From: Nitrosopumilus sp.
GTDB taxonomy: Archaea > Thermoproteota > Nitrososphaeria > Nitrososphaerales > Nitrosopumilaceae
Assembly (NCBI GenBank): GCA_965219345.1
Contig: OZ244732.1
Span: 1,696,001 to 1,760,000, forward strand
DNA: 64,000 nt
Direction: 5' to 3'
Shown: positions 1 to 9,963 of the stretch, piece after piece
Position numbering within the stretch: the first letter of the stretch is position 1
How the letters are laid out: every line of letters begins with the position of its first letter
Program-made: the position numbers and the translations under genes
Notes under the pieces: generated by a model
Seen by the model: only the letters and a program-made list of their open reading frames with translations
What the model was told of the DNA's origin: nothing
Databases searched by the model: none

Positions 1-7
1 TGCCTCA

Positions 8-196
8 ATGCCAACAGTTCAAGTAGGAATGAGTGAAGAAAAGGTATTTGATTTGCTGATAGCACAACAAGAAATCCAAGATTACAATACACTATCCGGA
101 ATCCTAATCGGAGTTGGATTCTTGTTAGTACTAATTAGTTTTGGCGCTAGAAGAAGAAAGGGAAGTGTAAAAGAAGAAAAAAAGTCTGCAGAATGA
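8..196 (+). CDS. Membrane protein, C-terminal part (probably starts before the window)
   Basis: Hydrophobic segment LSGILIGVGFLLVLISFG followed by a basic tail; ORF at the window edge. Confidence 0.6.
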   Translation: MPTVQVGMSEEKVFDLLIAQQEIQDYNTLSGILIGVGFLLVLISFGARRRKGSVKEEKKSAE

Positions 197-234
197 TTCA
201 AACCTTTTAATCTTAATTTGCTCAAACTACACTA

Positions 235-543
235 TTGATTCAGACTGAAATTAGTGTCTACCCCATGGCAACAAGAACTACTAGTGCAAGTTTTTACATT
301 GCAAAGACAATAGAATCAATCCAAAACATAAAGAATCTCAGATATGAAATAAATTCAATGGGAACAGTTTTAGAATCAGACAGTATTGACATAATCTACG
401 AAGCATCAAAGAAGATGATGCAAACAGTTCACAATCCAGGAATTGATAGGGTTGAAGTTGTGATCAAGATTGATTCAAGAAGAGACAAACATGTTAAGAT
501 GGAAGAAAAGGTAGAGTCTATCAAAAAACATTTGAGTGGATAA
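235..543 (+). CDS. MTH1187/YkoF-like thiamine-binding protein
   Basis: EISVYPM...INSMGTVLES...IKIDSRRDK pattern, ~100 aa. Confidence 0.8.
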   Translation: MIQTEISVYPMATRTTSASFYIAKTIESIQNIKNLRYEINSMGTVLESDSIDIIYEASKKMMQTVHNPGIDRVEVVIKIDSRRDKHVKMEEKVESIKKHLSG

Positions 544-1000
544 ATAATCTAGAAATATAAAAAATAATGTATGTTAAATTTTTTAGAAAAAGGATTTCAA
601 AAAAAAGATATAGCCCCATGTTGGAATTAACCCAATTGACTATAGTCACAATATTTTGAACGTTACCAAACTCTTCACCTTCAAGACTCACAAACAAAAG
701 ATGATCATTTGGGAGAGGTATCGTAATTCTCTTTATTTTGTCATAAGCAACAATTGCGTATTTTCCATTTCCAATCTTTGCTGAGAATTTATCACGTTCT
801 TGCCAAGATTCAATAGATCTCTTCAATGATTCCTTGGTTTCATCCATAGTAAGATAGCTAGCTGTGTTATCACGAATACTATTCCAAAGAATATTTCCAT
901 CATGATCACAAATTATTGCGACCCTTGAACTAGGAATTTCACCTAAGATCATGTTAAGGAGTTTTTCTTCATGTTCGTGGACAGCTTCTGATATAGACAT
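521..1000 (-). CDS. Thaumarchaeal hypothetical protein (roadblock/profilin-like); 3' end may be read-through
   Basis: RVAIICDHDG...IGNGKYAIVAYDKIKRITIP motif typical of a common thaumarchaeal family. Confidence 0.6.
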   Translation of the reverse strand: MSISEAVHEHEEKLLNMILGEIPSSRVAIICDHDGNILWNSIRDNTASYLTMDETKESLKRSIESWQERDKFSAKIGNGKYAIVAYDKIKRITIPLPNDHLLFVSLEGEEFGNVQNIVTIVNWVNSNMGLYLFFEILFLKNLTYIIFYISRLFIHSNVF

Positions 1001-1108
1001 TACTACAAAGTATTATTAAATAAACATAATCTTGATGTTTGACTTTCTTTAGAATTGTTTAAAAATTTTAAATATTTTTAACAAATTTTAGGAAGGAAGT
1101 TTACAAAA

Positions 1109-2206
1109 CTAGAACTGTTTTAGAATTTTAAAGTGGGTGCTTCTCTGAGCTGGAATTCGTCCAATCTCTTTTACCATTGTTGCAAGTTCTTCAACAGACG
1201 ACGCAGTTGGCTTTCCTGCAGCACGATAAATCTCTTCAGAAAATGCGGTTCCTACCAAATCACTTCCACCATTTGATAGTGCAACTTGTGCTAATTTTTT
1301 TCCGTACGCTACCCAGTAAACTGAGATGTTGTTTAGTACATTTGCAAGCATTAATCTAGATAACTCAATTATTCGTAAATCATACACAGATGAGCACTCG
1401 CTATTTACTAGATGTTCTTGTTCAAGTTCAGTATTATCTAAACTAAACTTTAATGGAATCAATGTGATGAAGCCGTTAGTCTTTTTTTGTAGTTCACGAA
1501 TTTTTATGAGATGATCAATGATGTGTTCTGGTTTTTCTATATGTCCATAAAGCATTGTAACATTACTTGTAATTCCCATGTTGTGTGCCTCTTCAATCAC
1601 ATCAAGCCATTCTTGTCCTGAACATTTTCCACGAACGATCTTATTTCGGATTTCTGGATGAAATAATTCTGCACCACCACCGGGCATAGAATCAAGCCCA
1701 GCATCTTTTAGACGAGATAAAATTTCTTTTGTAGAATTTTTTGTTAGTTTTGATAAATAAAAAATCTCAGCTGCAGTCAATGCTTTGATGTTGAGTTGTG
1801 GATGATTCTTTTTGATAACTTTCATCATATTCTCATAATATTCTAGTGGAAGTTTTGGGTGAAATCCACCAACGATATGAACTTCAGTTGCACCCATCTG
1901 TTTAGCAATTCCAACTCTTTGCTCAATTTCTTGTGGAGACAATGTGTATGCATCATCTGATCCTTCTTTTCGATAAAATGCGCACATCTGGCAGCTAGCA
2001 GCACAGACATTTGTGTAATTCATGTAGTATGATGCCGCAAAAGTGACTGTATCACCAACCAGTTTTTTTCTTGTAGCATCTGCAACTGCTCCAAGTAGAT
2101 GCAGATTATCGTAATCCATAAGCTCAAGACCATCTTTGTAGGATAGTTCTTCTCCTGCAATTGCTCGATCTAACGCCTGAGAATCTCTAACCAGTTGTTC
2201 TAGCAT
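1109..2206 (-). CDS. mqnE: CofH/MqnE-family radical SAM protein (probable aminofutalosine synthase)
   Basis: NYTNVCAASCQMCAF (CxxxCxxC), EVHIVGG, MPGGGAE, TMLYGHIE motifs. Confidence 0.75.
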   Translation of the reverse strand: MLEQLVRDSQALDRAIAGEELSYKDGLELMDYDNLHLLGAVADATRKKLVGDTVTFAASYYMNYTNVCAASCQMCAFYRKEGSDDAYTLSPQEIEQRVGIAKQMGATEVHIVGGFHPKLPLEYYENMMKVIKKNHPQLNIKALTAAEIFYLSKLTKNSTKEILSRLKDAGLDSMPGGGAELFHPEIRNKIVRGKCSGQEWLDVIEEAHNMGITSNVTMLYGHIEKPEHIIDHLIKIRELQKKTNGFITLIPLKFSLDNTELEQEHLVNSECSSVYDLRIIELSRLMLANVLNNISVYWVAYGKKLAQVALSNGGSDLVGTAFSEEIYRAAGKPTASSVEELATMVKEIGRIPAQRSTHFKILKQF

Positions 2207-2280
2207 GTTGTATTAATTTTTCATCGGGATATATTCCTTATAGGCTTAAGAAATAAGTAGCCAATATTGCTATTCCTATT

Positions 2281-2454
2281 ATGGTACTTCCTTTAGTTGA
2301 TGAACATAAACCAAAATGCTATCTGTGCCATGAGGGATTTGAGAACCTAGAGGATCTCAGGGATCATCAAAAGACTAAACATAAGGACTTTTTTGAATCA
2401 AATGAAAAACAGGTCAATCGAGAACCCGCACCTGGCGACGTTACTGTGTTTTAG
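2281..2454 (+). CDS. Small C2H2 zinc-finger protein (57 aa, not in ORF track)
   Basis: Manual translation MVLPLVDEHKPKCYLCHEGFENLEDLRDHQKTKH...; CxxC-x12-H-x4-H. Confidence 0.75.
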   Translation: MVLPLVDEHKPKCYLCHEGFENLEDLRDHQKTKHKDFFESNEKQVNREPAPGDVTVF

Positions 2455-2938
2455 TTTTCTTTTCTTTGATTGACTTTAATAGTTCTTGGGCAATTTCTTT
2501 TGAGATGTTTGCCAAGTCATAATGGTTGTCAATTGATAGTGATTTTTTGAAATGTTTTATTGCATTTGTTAGTTGTCCCATTTCACCTAATGAAAGTCCC
2601 TTGTATGCAAGTGCCATTGCACATTTTTTGTCAATCCTCAAAGCCACATCATAACACTCTATTGCTTTTTGATACTTTTGGTCTGAATGTAATGCTGCGC
2701 CCTTATTTAGCAACGCATCAAGATTATTTGGGGAGACCACAAGTGCTTTATCATATGAGCGAACAGCAAGTTTGAATCTTCCCATGTTTTGTAGAGTTGC
2801 TCCTTTGTCAACAAGTACATTAACGTTCTTAGGCTCTTTTTTGAGCATCAAGTCATAGAGTCTTAATGCATCAGAATAGTTTCCATCCTCTGCAAACTCA
2901 AACGCTTCTGATAACATCTTATCTATTTTATTACTCAC
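2441..2938 (-). CDS. TPR-repeat protein
   Basis: Repeated KG..L...G....A..YD.AL TPR units. Confidence 0.85.
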   Translation of the reverse strand: MSNKIDKMLSEAFEFAEDGNYSDALRLYDLMLKKEPKNVNVLVDKGATLQNMGRFKLAVRSYDKALVVSPNNLDALLNKGAALHSDQKYQKAIECYDVALRIDKKCAMALAYKGLSLGEMGQLTNAIKHFKKSLSIDNHYDLANISKEIAQELLKSIKEKKTKTQ

Positions 2939-3097
2939 AGTATCAAATAATATCTTGTTAATAATATAGGCTTACAATTAGTTAACTATATTTCCACATT
3001 ATCAATAAATTTTGGGCTAAAATTCGCTTACATTTATCGTGAAATGTTAACGAGAGGATTTGGTAACAATACAGATTCGCAATTGGTCTATGTGAAA

Positions 3098-3325
3098 TCA
3101 AGATGCATTTTTATCTCGAGGATCAATCTTTAACGACTTGTTAAAGCATTCCATTGCTTCCTCGTATCGTCCCATGCTTCGAAGTACTACACCCTTGTGA
3201 TTCCAAAGATCAGGATCCTCTTGATTCAAAAGGAGTGCTCGTTCAAAGAACCCAAGAGCATCATTAAATTTCCCATCTTTCAGAAATGATTGTCCCTTTT
3301 CTACAAGGTCTTGGATTTCATCCAT
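3098..3325 (-). CDS. TPR-repeat protein
   Basis: WNHKGVVLRSMGRYEEAMECFNKSLKIDP. Confidence 0.85.
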   Translation of the reverse strand: MDEIQDLVEKGQSFLKDGKFNDALGFFERALLLNQEDPDLWNHKGVVLRSMGRYEEAMECFNKSLKIDPRDKNAS

Positions 3326-3454
3326 GAACCATAAAATAAAACATTTGTATTAAATCTGAAAAACCAACACCAAAATTTATTCAATAAAACTGGACAGATT
3401 TTCACTTATTCACTGAAAATTTAAATAAATTTTTTGTTAATATGAACTAGGAAG

Positions 3455-3892
3455 ATGGATGAGACAGATGAGAGGATTCTCAAAAATTTAATGGTTGACG
3501 CAAGATTGTCAGCTAGACAACTTGCATTAAAACTTGGAATGTCAACCGTCACCGTACTATCTAGAATCAAAAAATTAGAAAAAGAGAAGATCATTCATGG
3601 ATATACTGCAATTATTGACCATGAAAAACTAGGATACGTACTTACTGCAATTATTGAAATTATAGCAAAAAACGACAAAATTGAAGATATTGAAAATGAG
3701 ATATCAAAATTTGAAAATGTGTGTGGGGTTTATGATATTACGGGTTCTACAGATACATTGATCATTGCAAAATTCAAGGAGCGAAGTGAATTAAGTAAGT
3801 TTGTAAAGGGTTTAGCGGCCATTCCTAATGTGGAAAACACTATCACTCATGTTGTTCTTAATACTGCAAAAGAAGATTTCAGATTATCGTAG
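3455..3892 (+). CDS. Lrp/AsnC family transcriptional regulator
   Basis: MDETDERIL...DARLS...RIKKLE...I.GY HTH plus ITGSTD RAM domain. Confidence 0.92.
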   Translation: MDETDERILKNLMVDARLSARQLALKLGMSTVTVLSRIKKLEKEKIIHGYTAIIDHEKLGYVLTAIIEIIAKNDKIEDIENEISKFENVCGVYDITGSTDTLIIAKFKERSELSKFVKGLAAIPNVENTITHVVLNTAKEDFRLS

Positions 3893-3902
3893 GTAAGAAA
3901 AA

Positions 3903-4457
3903 TTGAAACAACTAGATATTTTTATAGTTTCTATATTTATCATTGGAGGATTACAAATAGCATATGCGCAAACTGATGAATTAAACACGGAGCTTGAAGT
4001 TTCTGATGAAGAAAAGATAATACTTTTTGGCAGTTTTGCAATTGCAATAATTATGATCTTTTTATTTTTAGCAAGAGATACCGTACTTAGAAGAAAAACA
4101 TCATATGATAATGAGGAACATGAATCAAAAAAAGATAGGACATATGAAAAATATCACTCTGACTGGGGAGATGATTATGAAGACATAGGAAAGAGAGAAA
4201 ATACAAAAGAGGATGAAGAGTTTCGTGATGCTGCAAGAAAAAATGAGATCCCAAACTACTATGAGGTTCTAGGGGTTTCAAGAAATGCAACTCAAGAAGA
4301 AATTAAAAATAAATTTAGAGAGCTTGCAATGAAGACCCATCCAGACAAAACAAAAGAAAATTCTGAAGAAGCGATGGCAGAATTAAACAAAGCTTATGAA
4401 GTGCTTTCAGATGAGGAACGCAGAGAAAAGTATGATAAATATGTAAAAGTCAACTAG
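3903..4457 (+). CDS. Membrane protein with C-terminal DnaJ domain
   Basis: NYYEVLGV...HPD...LNKAYEVLSD; N-terminal hydrophobic segments. Confidence 0.9.
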   Translation: MKQLDIFIVSIFIIGGLQIAYAQTDELNTELEVSDEEKIILFGSFAIAIIMIFLFLARDTVLRRKTSYDNEEHESKKDRTYEKYHSDWGDDYEDIGKRENTKEDEEFRDAARKNEIPNYYEVLGVSRNATQEEIKNKFRELAMKTHPDKTKENSEEAMAELNKAYEVLSDEERREKYDKYVKVN

Positions 4458-4858
4458 ATAGATTCTAGTTTGACTATTATCATACTAAGTTCAATAGAAT
4501 TTGGGGTCTGTACGCTGTTTGTTAGATTAGTAAAGATTTCAAGATTCATCACTTTCCCATTAGATTCAATTTGAGTTGAGATTTTGAGTTCACTAAATTC
4601 AGTGTTAGGGCCAAGCATTTTTTTTGTTAGTAGTGGAATCACAGAAAGGTCTTCAATCACTCCTTTCATTTTGTAGGTAAATGTGTCTGAGAAATATACA
4701 CCTCCACGAATAGTGGGTTCATTAACAGGAGTAGGTGAATTCGATATCGATACGGATGTGACTGGAAAAGTATCATCATCTAGGTAAAGCAAATACTCTG
4801 AAGAGTTTTTTTCATTAAACTTCATCAAAATTTCAAGTAAATCCAGGTTCAATGACAT
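4454..4858 (-). CDS. Hypothetical protein
   Basis: 134-aa ORF, overlapping stop with neighbour, host-like codon use. Confidence 0.6.
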   Translation of the reverse strand: MSLNLDLLEILMKFNEKNSSEYLLYLDDDTFPVTSVSISNSPTPVNEPTIRGGVYFSDTFTYKMKGVIEDLSVIPLLTKKMLGPNTEFSELKISTQIESNGKVMNLEIFTNLTNSVQTPNSIELSMIIVKLESI

Positions 4859-4967
4859 CTAAAATTAGCCAGACCATAATTCTATTGAATCTTTCTAAGA
4901 AATCAATAAAAAATCAAACAGATTCCAGGCTGCTTATGTCATCTTTAAAAACAAGAATTATGATCGA

Positions 4968-6293
4968 GTGTTATTGCAACAATTTGCAAATACACATTCA
5001 ATGAGAAAGGAAATTCTCAATCTAATGGTACAAAATGGATTAGAGAATGATTGTTATGTTGAGATGTTAGATTTTACTATTGACTTATTTGAAAGTCAAG
5101 GTCTTGGAGTTGATTATTACGGGTATCATAACATCAATCATGAATTAGAAGTAACATATTTTTCACTTTTAGCTATAAAACAAGATAAGGTACAATTTAC
5201 GGATGAGGATATAAAATATCTGTATGTTGCCGCATTATTTCATGATTTTGATCCTGAAAAAAGTGTAGATAAGCCACATGAGAAAAATGTTATAAAATTT
5301 ATCTCAACTGATAAAAAACTCCGTCAATTAATTGACACTACAAATATAGATTTAGAAATTATTAAGGTGTTGATTTTAAGGACAACATATCCTTGGAGTG
5401 ATGAGCTCAGAAAAAATGCAGAAGAACAAATTAAACAGTGTTTTCAAAATTCGGATTTAACAAGAAGTAACCGACAATATCAACAACATATTATGGAAAT
5501 TGGCGAGTATCTATCAGTTGCAGATAGAATCAGCGGTTACGCATTAGGAGATTTTGCTAAAGCAATGGAGATGGCTAAGATGAATGCACACGCACTTGCA
5601 TGGAGACCATCATTGATCATTAGAAGTTCGGTTGCTTATTTTGAAGAATTATTAAACAAAGAACCAGACATGGTAAAAGGAATTCTCAAGGTTCTTCCAA
5701 AAGAGATAAGAAAGAACTTTTTCGATACTGTGTTGTCGTTTATGAAAATCAGACAGCAAGAGATTGCCATTCAAGCAGATTATGCTTATGAAAATCTCAA
5801 GCTTACTCCAACAATAGAATCTATGACAACTAGAAAAGATCCAAATTTCATCAAGGCACTATATCAGATCTTTTTGGAGCTTCCAAGACCACTGCAATTT
5901 GAAAAAGAGAATTTTGAGAAATCTATCAATGATCCGCAGATAATCATTAACACACTCAGACTAAATGATAAAAATGGAGAAATTATAGGATTTGTCAAAG
6001 GGGGAGCGCTCGAAAAATATAATCTGCGTGAAGAGGTTAGAGATGAGAATTATGGTCTAGGAAATACAATATTTCTAGAACCACTGGCATTGAAGATGGG
6101 GTATTGGGGACTAAAAGGTGGAAGCGAGATGCGTCATTTGTTCATTATGCAGGCTTTGTCTATGAAATACAAGTATCTAACAAGTTTTGCATTACGCGAT
6201 GTCATCAAAGCAAGAATTGGCAGAGGAGAACAAGCAGAGTTTGTAACTCAGCTTGATCCTGAAAGATGGGACTATTATAGAATTAAAATTTAG
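4968..6293 (+). CDS. HD-domain protein with GNAT-like C-terminal region
   Basis: YHNINH...AALFHDFD HD motif; C-terminal IFLEPLAL..GYWGLKGGS resembles GNAT motif A. Confidence 0.7.
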   Translation: MLLQQFANTHSMRKEILNLMVQNGLENDCYVEMLDFTIDLFESQGLGVDYYGYHNINHELEVTYFSLLAIKQDKVQFTDEDIKYLYVAALFHDFDPEKSVDKPHEKNVIKFISTDKKLRQLIDTTNIDLEIIKVLILRTTYPWSDELRKNAEEQIKQCFQNSDLTRSNRQYQQHIMEIGEYLSVADRISGYALGDFAKAMEMAKMNAHALAWRPSLIIRSSVAYFEELLNKEPDMVKGILKVLPKEIRKNFFDTVLSFMKIRQQEIAIQADYAYENLKLTPTIESMTTRKDPNFIKALYQIFLELPRPLQFEKENFEKSINDPQIIINTLRLNDKNGEIIGFVKGGALEKYNLREEVRDENYGLGNTIFLEPLALKMGYWGLKGGSEMRHLFIMQALSMKYKYLTSFALRDVIKARIGRGEQAEFVTQLDPERWDYYRIKI

Positions 6294-6302
6294 ATTCACC
6301 AC

Positions 6303-7754
6303 ATGAAAAAATCAATTCTAAAAACATTACATTCAACAATTCAGGGAGATGTATTTTCTCAAAAAGAATTTAGACAATTTTATTCAGTTGATACAAGTTC
6401 TTATCAAATTATTCCAAAGGTAATAGTAGTTCCTAAAAATGAAAAAGACGTAATCAATGCGGTAAAAATTGCAAAAAAATTCAAAATATCAGTTACTGTG
6501 CGTGGTGCAGGAACAGGTCTTGTTGGAAGTGCATTAAACAATGGGATAATACTTGAAATGAAAAATTTTGATTCAATCAGGCTCACTAAAGACCATGTTA
6601 CTGTAGGCCCAGGTACAATAAAAGGTAAACTGGACCAAAAACTTGAAAAACACAAAAAGTTCTTTCCACCAAATCCGTCAATTGGTTCTTTTTGTTCAAT
6701 TGGTGGAATGTTAGGAAATAATTCCAGTGGAAGTAGAAGTTTAAAGTATGGAAGCGTAATTGATAATGTAACAGAGATTACATTTATCGATGGAAATGGA
6801 AATAAAATTACTCTTCCAGAAAACAAAAGGATTGGAAAAAAGATTTTAGAATTCACAAAACAAATTGATAGAAAACATATTCCAAATGTGACAAAAAATT
6901 CTTCAGGATACAGAATTGATAAAGTAAACTCAATTAATGATTCCCATAAACTATTCATTGGTTCTGAAGGAACACTTGGAATTATTTTATCAGCAAAGCT
7001 TAAGATCAGATATAACCCAAGAAAAAGAATTCTTTTTGTAATAGAGTACAAATCAGTCAGAGATGCAATAAAAAATTGCATTAAAATCAATGAAAGTAAA
7101 CCATCAGCAATTGAATTTGTAGATAAAACAACACTTAATCAAATAAAGTTCAAGTTCGGTAAGAGAACTAAATGCCTGCTCTTCGTAGAATATGATGAAA
7201 ATATTAGTTCAAATGAAAATAAGATTAAATTGGTTATCACAGGGAAAATTATTAAAAAATTAAAGAGGGATTCAGATATTTTCAAATGGTGGAAATACCG
7301 AGATTCATCATTATATTATAGTTTAAAATCGATAAAAAAAGAAAAAAGAATCCCGCATGTCATTGAAGATGCAGTAGTACCTTTAGAAAATCTTCAAAAA
7401 TTATTTTTAGTTTTAAACAAGATTGACAAAAAATACAAAACAAGATCAATCGTATATGGACATGCTGGAAATGGAAACATTCATGTTCGTCTGATTGCAG
7501 ATCGAAAAAAAATTACAGTTATCAAAAATATTGCGATTCAGTACTTTGATCAAATAATCAAACTAGGGGGAGCTATAACTGCTGAGCATGGCGATGGCCT
7601 TGCACGCTCAGAATTTATCGAAAAGCAGTATGGATCTAAAAACTACAAAGTATTCAAGGAAATCAAAAAATTCTTTGACCCTAAAAATATACTCAATCCA
7701 GGTAAAATAATCACAAAGAAAAGTTCGATTATAGAAAACCTAGAAAATTTTTGA
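6303..7754 (+). CDS. FAD-linked oxidase (GlcD/D-lactate dehydrogenase family)
   Basis: RGAGTGL, GSEGTLG, GHAGNGNIH, AEHGDG, DPKNILNPGK. Confidence 0.9.
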   Translation: MKKSILKTLHSTIQGDVFSQKEFRQFYSVDTSSYQIIPKVIVVPKNEKDVINAVKIAKKFKISVTVRGAGTGLVGSALNNGIILEMKNFDSIRLTKDHVTVGPGTIKGKLDQKLEKHKKFFPPNPSIGSFCSIGGMLGNNSSGSRSLKYGSVIDNVTEITFIDGNGNKITLPENKRIGKKILEFTKQIDRKHIPNVTKNSSGYRIDKVNSINDSHKLFIGSEGTLGIILSAKLKIRYNPRKRILFVIEYKSVRDAIKNCIKINESKPSAIEFVDKTTLNQIKFKFGKRTKCLLFVEYDENISSNENKIKLVITGKIIKKLKRDSDIFKWWKYRDSSLYYSLKSIKKEKRIPHVIEDAVVPLENLQKLFLVLNKIDKKYKTRSIVYGHAGNGNIHVRLIADRKKITVIKNIAIQYFDQIIKLGGAITAEHGDGLARSEFIEKQYGSKNYKVFKEIKKFFDPKNILNPGKIITKKSSIIENLENF

Positions 7755-8082
7755 GAAATTTAATGGAAAGAAAAAACATACTTCAATTGAACTTGATTAA
7801 TTTACTGCAAAAATTTATGTTTGGAAAAGTGTGACAAATCATAAAGATTTAGATCAATATATCACGTTACAAATACACATCAGTTAAAATTTTGACTAAA
7901 TATTTTGGTCAATGATATGCATATTATTTAAGAAATTTGGATTATTTGTTCCTAAATTGATCAAAAAAACACCCTATACAAAAAAAATATCATGTTTCAC
8001 AATAATCAAGATCGTAGATTTGCTTTTTAGTTAAAAAAGTTCAACAAGTTCTTGCTAATAGAACATAGAGCCTACTGCAGTT

Positions 8083-8226
8083 ATGACAATAGGATATTGT
8101 GTAAAGTGCCGAGATAAACGTGAAATTCAAGACGCTGGACCTTACACCATGAAAAACGGTAAACCTGCAATTAAGGGCACTTGCCCAACATGCAGTACAG
8201 CCATTTTCAGAATCGGTAGAGGCTAA
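8083..8226 (+). CDS. Small zinc-ribbon protein, DUF5679-like (47 aa, not in ORF track)
   Basis: MTIGYCVKCRDKREIQDAGPYTMKNGKPAIKGTCPTCSTAIFRIGRG. Confidence 0.8.
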   Translation: MTIGYCVKCRDKREIQDAGPYTMKNGKPAIKGTCPTCSTAIFRIGRG

Positions 8227-8265
8227 AATTTTCAATAGAAAATTTTAACACTCTCACATACAGGG

Positions 8266-8303
8266 CCGTTCCATAGCGAATGTGTTGTGGATGGATCTTT
8301 TTC
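8266..8303 (+). terminator. Imperfect hairpin followed by T-rich tract downstream of the DUF5679-like gene
   Basis: CCGTTCCATAGC-loop-GTTGTGGATGG pairing with GU wobbles, then TCTTTTTC. Confidence 0.3.
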
Positions 8304-8431
8304 TATTTCTTGTGTATTTCTATTTTTTAAATTAGTTAATGATAAATCTGTTTAATTTTTTTCGATCATCTTTACAATAATTAAGAAATTCAAGAATCAA
8401 ATTTATTTTTAATATTGTACTTGTAATATTA

Positions 8432-8686
8432 ATGCAGAGTGATATTTCTCAAGAGATCAAAAATTTGGAAGAGGATATTTTGCAAACAGAGGATAGGATT
8501 ATAAAATTTTTGGGAATGAATTATGAGGAAGGAATTAAAAGATCAATTCATCAATTAGAATCTAATCTAAAATATCTCAGCATTCTTGCAAATGGAGCAC
8601 CAATTGATAAAAATGAAGATAGGAGAACTATGGATTTCTTGAGAACACACTATAACCATCTACGAAAACTATCTGTTCCTGCTTAG
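8432..8686 (+). CDS. Hypothetical protein
   Basis: 84-aa helical ORF with an AT-rich promoter-like region upstream. Confidence 0.6.
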   Translation: MQSDISQEIKNLEEDILQTEDRIIKFLGMNYEEGIKRSIHQLESNLKYLSILANGAPIDKNEDRRTMDFLRTHYNHLRKLSVPA

Positions 8687-8752
8687 TCCTTTAAACATTT
8701 GTTTAGTTTTTTTATAGTTAGTCTTATCTAAAATGTATTTCTTAGATGATTA

Positions 8753-9175
8753 ATGAACAAATCTTCAAAAGAGTCAAAAGATCTTTTTGGGGTATCTAAA
8801 AAAAATATTGAGCGATTTTTTAATGAGGTCGAAAAATCTACTCCCAAATATCATCAATCAGTCTCAAAACTTCAGAAAGACTACATAGATGCATGGAAAA
8901 CTGTGATTAATTCAGCAATTTCTTTGGAACAAGAATATGCAACTAAAGCAGGTTACAAAATGGATGTACCTGATTCTGTTCTGAGAACTATCCGTGACAT
9001 TACAGATGTCTCTCTTCAAGCATATGCACATCAAAATAAAATTGCTACAAATACATCTGAAGCAACAAAACAGGCGTTTAAAACATTTAATCAAAATACA
9101 AAATCATTTGCAACTCTGAACAAAGAGATAATGGGATATATCATGTCGGTATTTGAACAGAAACTAAATACCTAA
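8753..9175 (+). CDS. Hypothetical alpha-helical protein (possibly phasin-like)
   Basis: 140-aa amphipathic helical ORF followed by a T-rich terminator; phasin idea is inference only. Confidence 0.6.
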   Translation: MNKSSKESKDLFGVSKKNIERFFNEVEKSTPKYHQSVSKLQKDYIDAWKTVINSAISLEQEYATKAGYKMDVPDSVLRTIRDITDVSLQAYAHQNKIATNTSEATKQAFKTFNQNTKSFATLNKEIMGYIMSVFEQKLNT

Positions 9176-9233
9176 TTCCATTTTTTATTTTTGACTTAAT
9201 AGTAACCGATCTTTTGAATATAATATGGGAAAT

Positions 9234-9353
9234 ATGGCAGAGGGACAAACATATACTTGTTCAGAATGTGGTCTCGAACTTAAAGTTACAAAACCTTGTG
9301 ATGAAGAAGATTGTGACTTGATTTGTTGTTCTAAACAGATGAATCAATCATAA
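9234..9353 (+). CDS. Desulforedoxin-like miniprotein (39 aa, not in ORF track)
   Basis: MAEGQTYTCSECGLELKVTKPCDEEDCDLICCSKQMNQS; YxCxxCG...CCxxxM. Confidence 0.65.
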   Translation: MAEGQTYTCSECGLELKVTKPCDEEDCDLICCSKQMNQS

Positions 9354-9468
9354 CTAAAATTGTATCGAGTTAATCATCTTTTGATGATGCTGTCTTGTAC
9401 AAAACCAAAATTATTTTATTTAAAACTATAATTGAATTTATTTACTTAAATCAAAAATAAAAAAGAGA

Positions 9469-9843
9469 TTATTTTAGACGTTTGTAAAGCTCTTTAAATT
9501 CAATTGAAATGGTACATGATAAATTAAGCATGTGAGTAAGTTGGTTCATGGTTGTCTTGTCATGTGCCAACTGTCTTAACAGTGTCAAAGCTTTTTGTGG
9601 AGAAGTATCTGAAAGAGCGCTTTGGCCAGACCATGTCTTAAAAGCATGTTCAACATCCATGCAGAAATTCAAAACAAATTCTTTCCAGTGTGGCATTTTT
9701 TGTAGTGCCTTTTCATTAAGGAGTACTAGGGACAACTCACGAAATTCAATTACCCTATCCACATACAGCATGTCAAGGGCTTGTTTGATTTTTTCTGGTT
9801 TGTACTCGACTGTATTTAACATATACATTCCAGCAATACTCAT
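9469..9843 (-). CDS. Hypothetical protein
   Basis: 124-aa ORF. Confidence 0.6.
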   Translation of the reverse strand: MSIAGMYMLNTVEYKPEKIKQALDMLYVDRVIEFRELSLVLLNEKALQKMPHWKEFVLNFCMDVEHAFKTWSGQSALSDTSPQKALTLLRQLAHDKTTMNQLTHMLNLSCTISIEFKELYKRLK

Positions 9844-9963
9844 GTCACAATATTCTCATAATCAAAGATAAATCAGGTACTTAATTCTCTGAAAATTTGT
9901 TAGAATTTTTTAATTAAAATTAACAGTTGTAAAGGATTTAAAAAATAAAAAAGAGATTAGATC

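Noticed and set aside
6404-7090. Long antisense ORFs (also 45756-46364, 53667-54176, 59960-60394 and others)
   Set aside because: Shadows of well-supported genes on the opposite strand, with no motifs.
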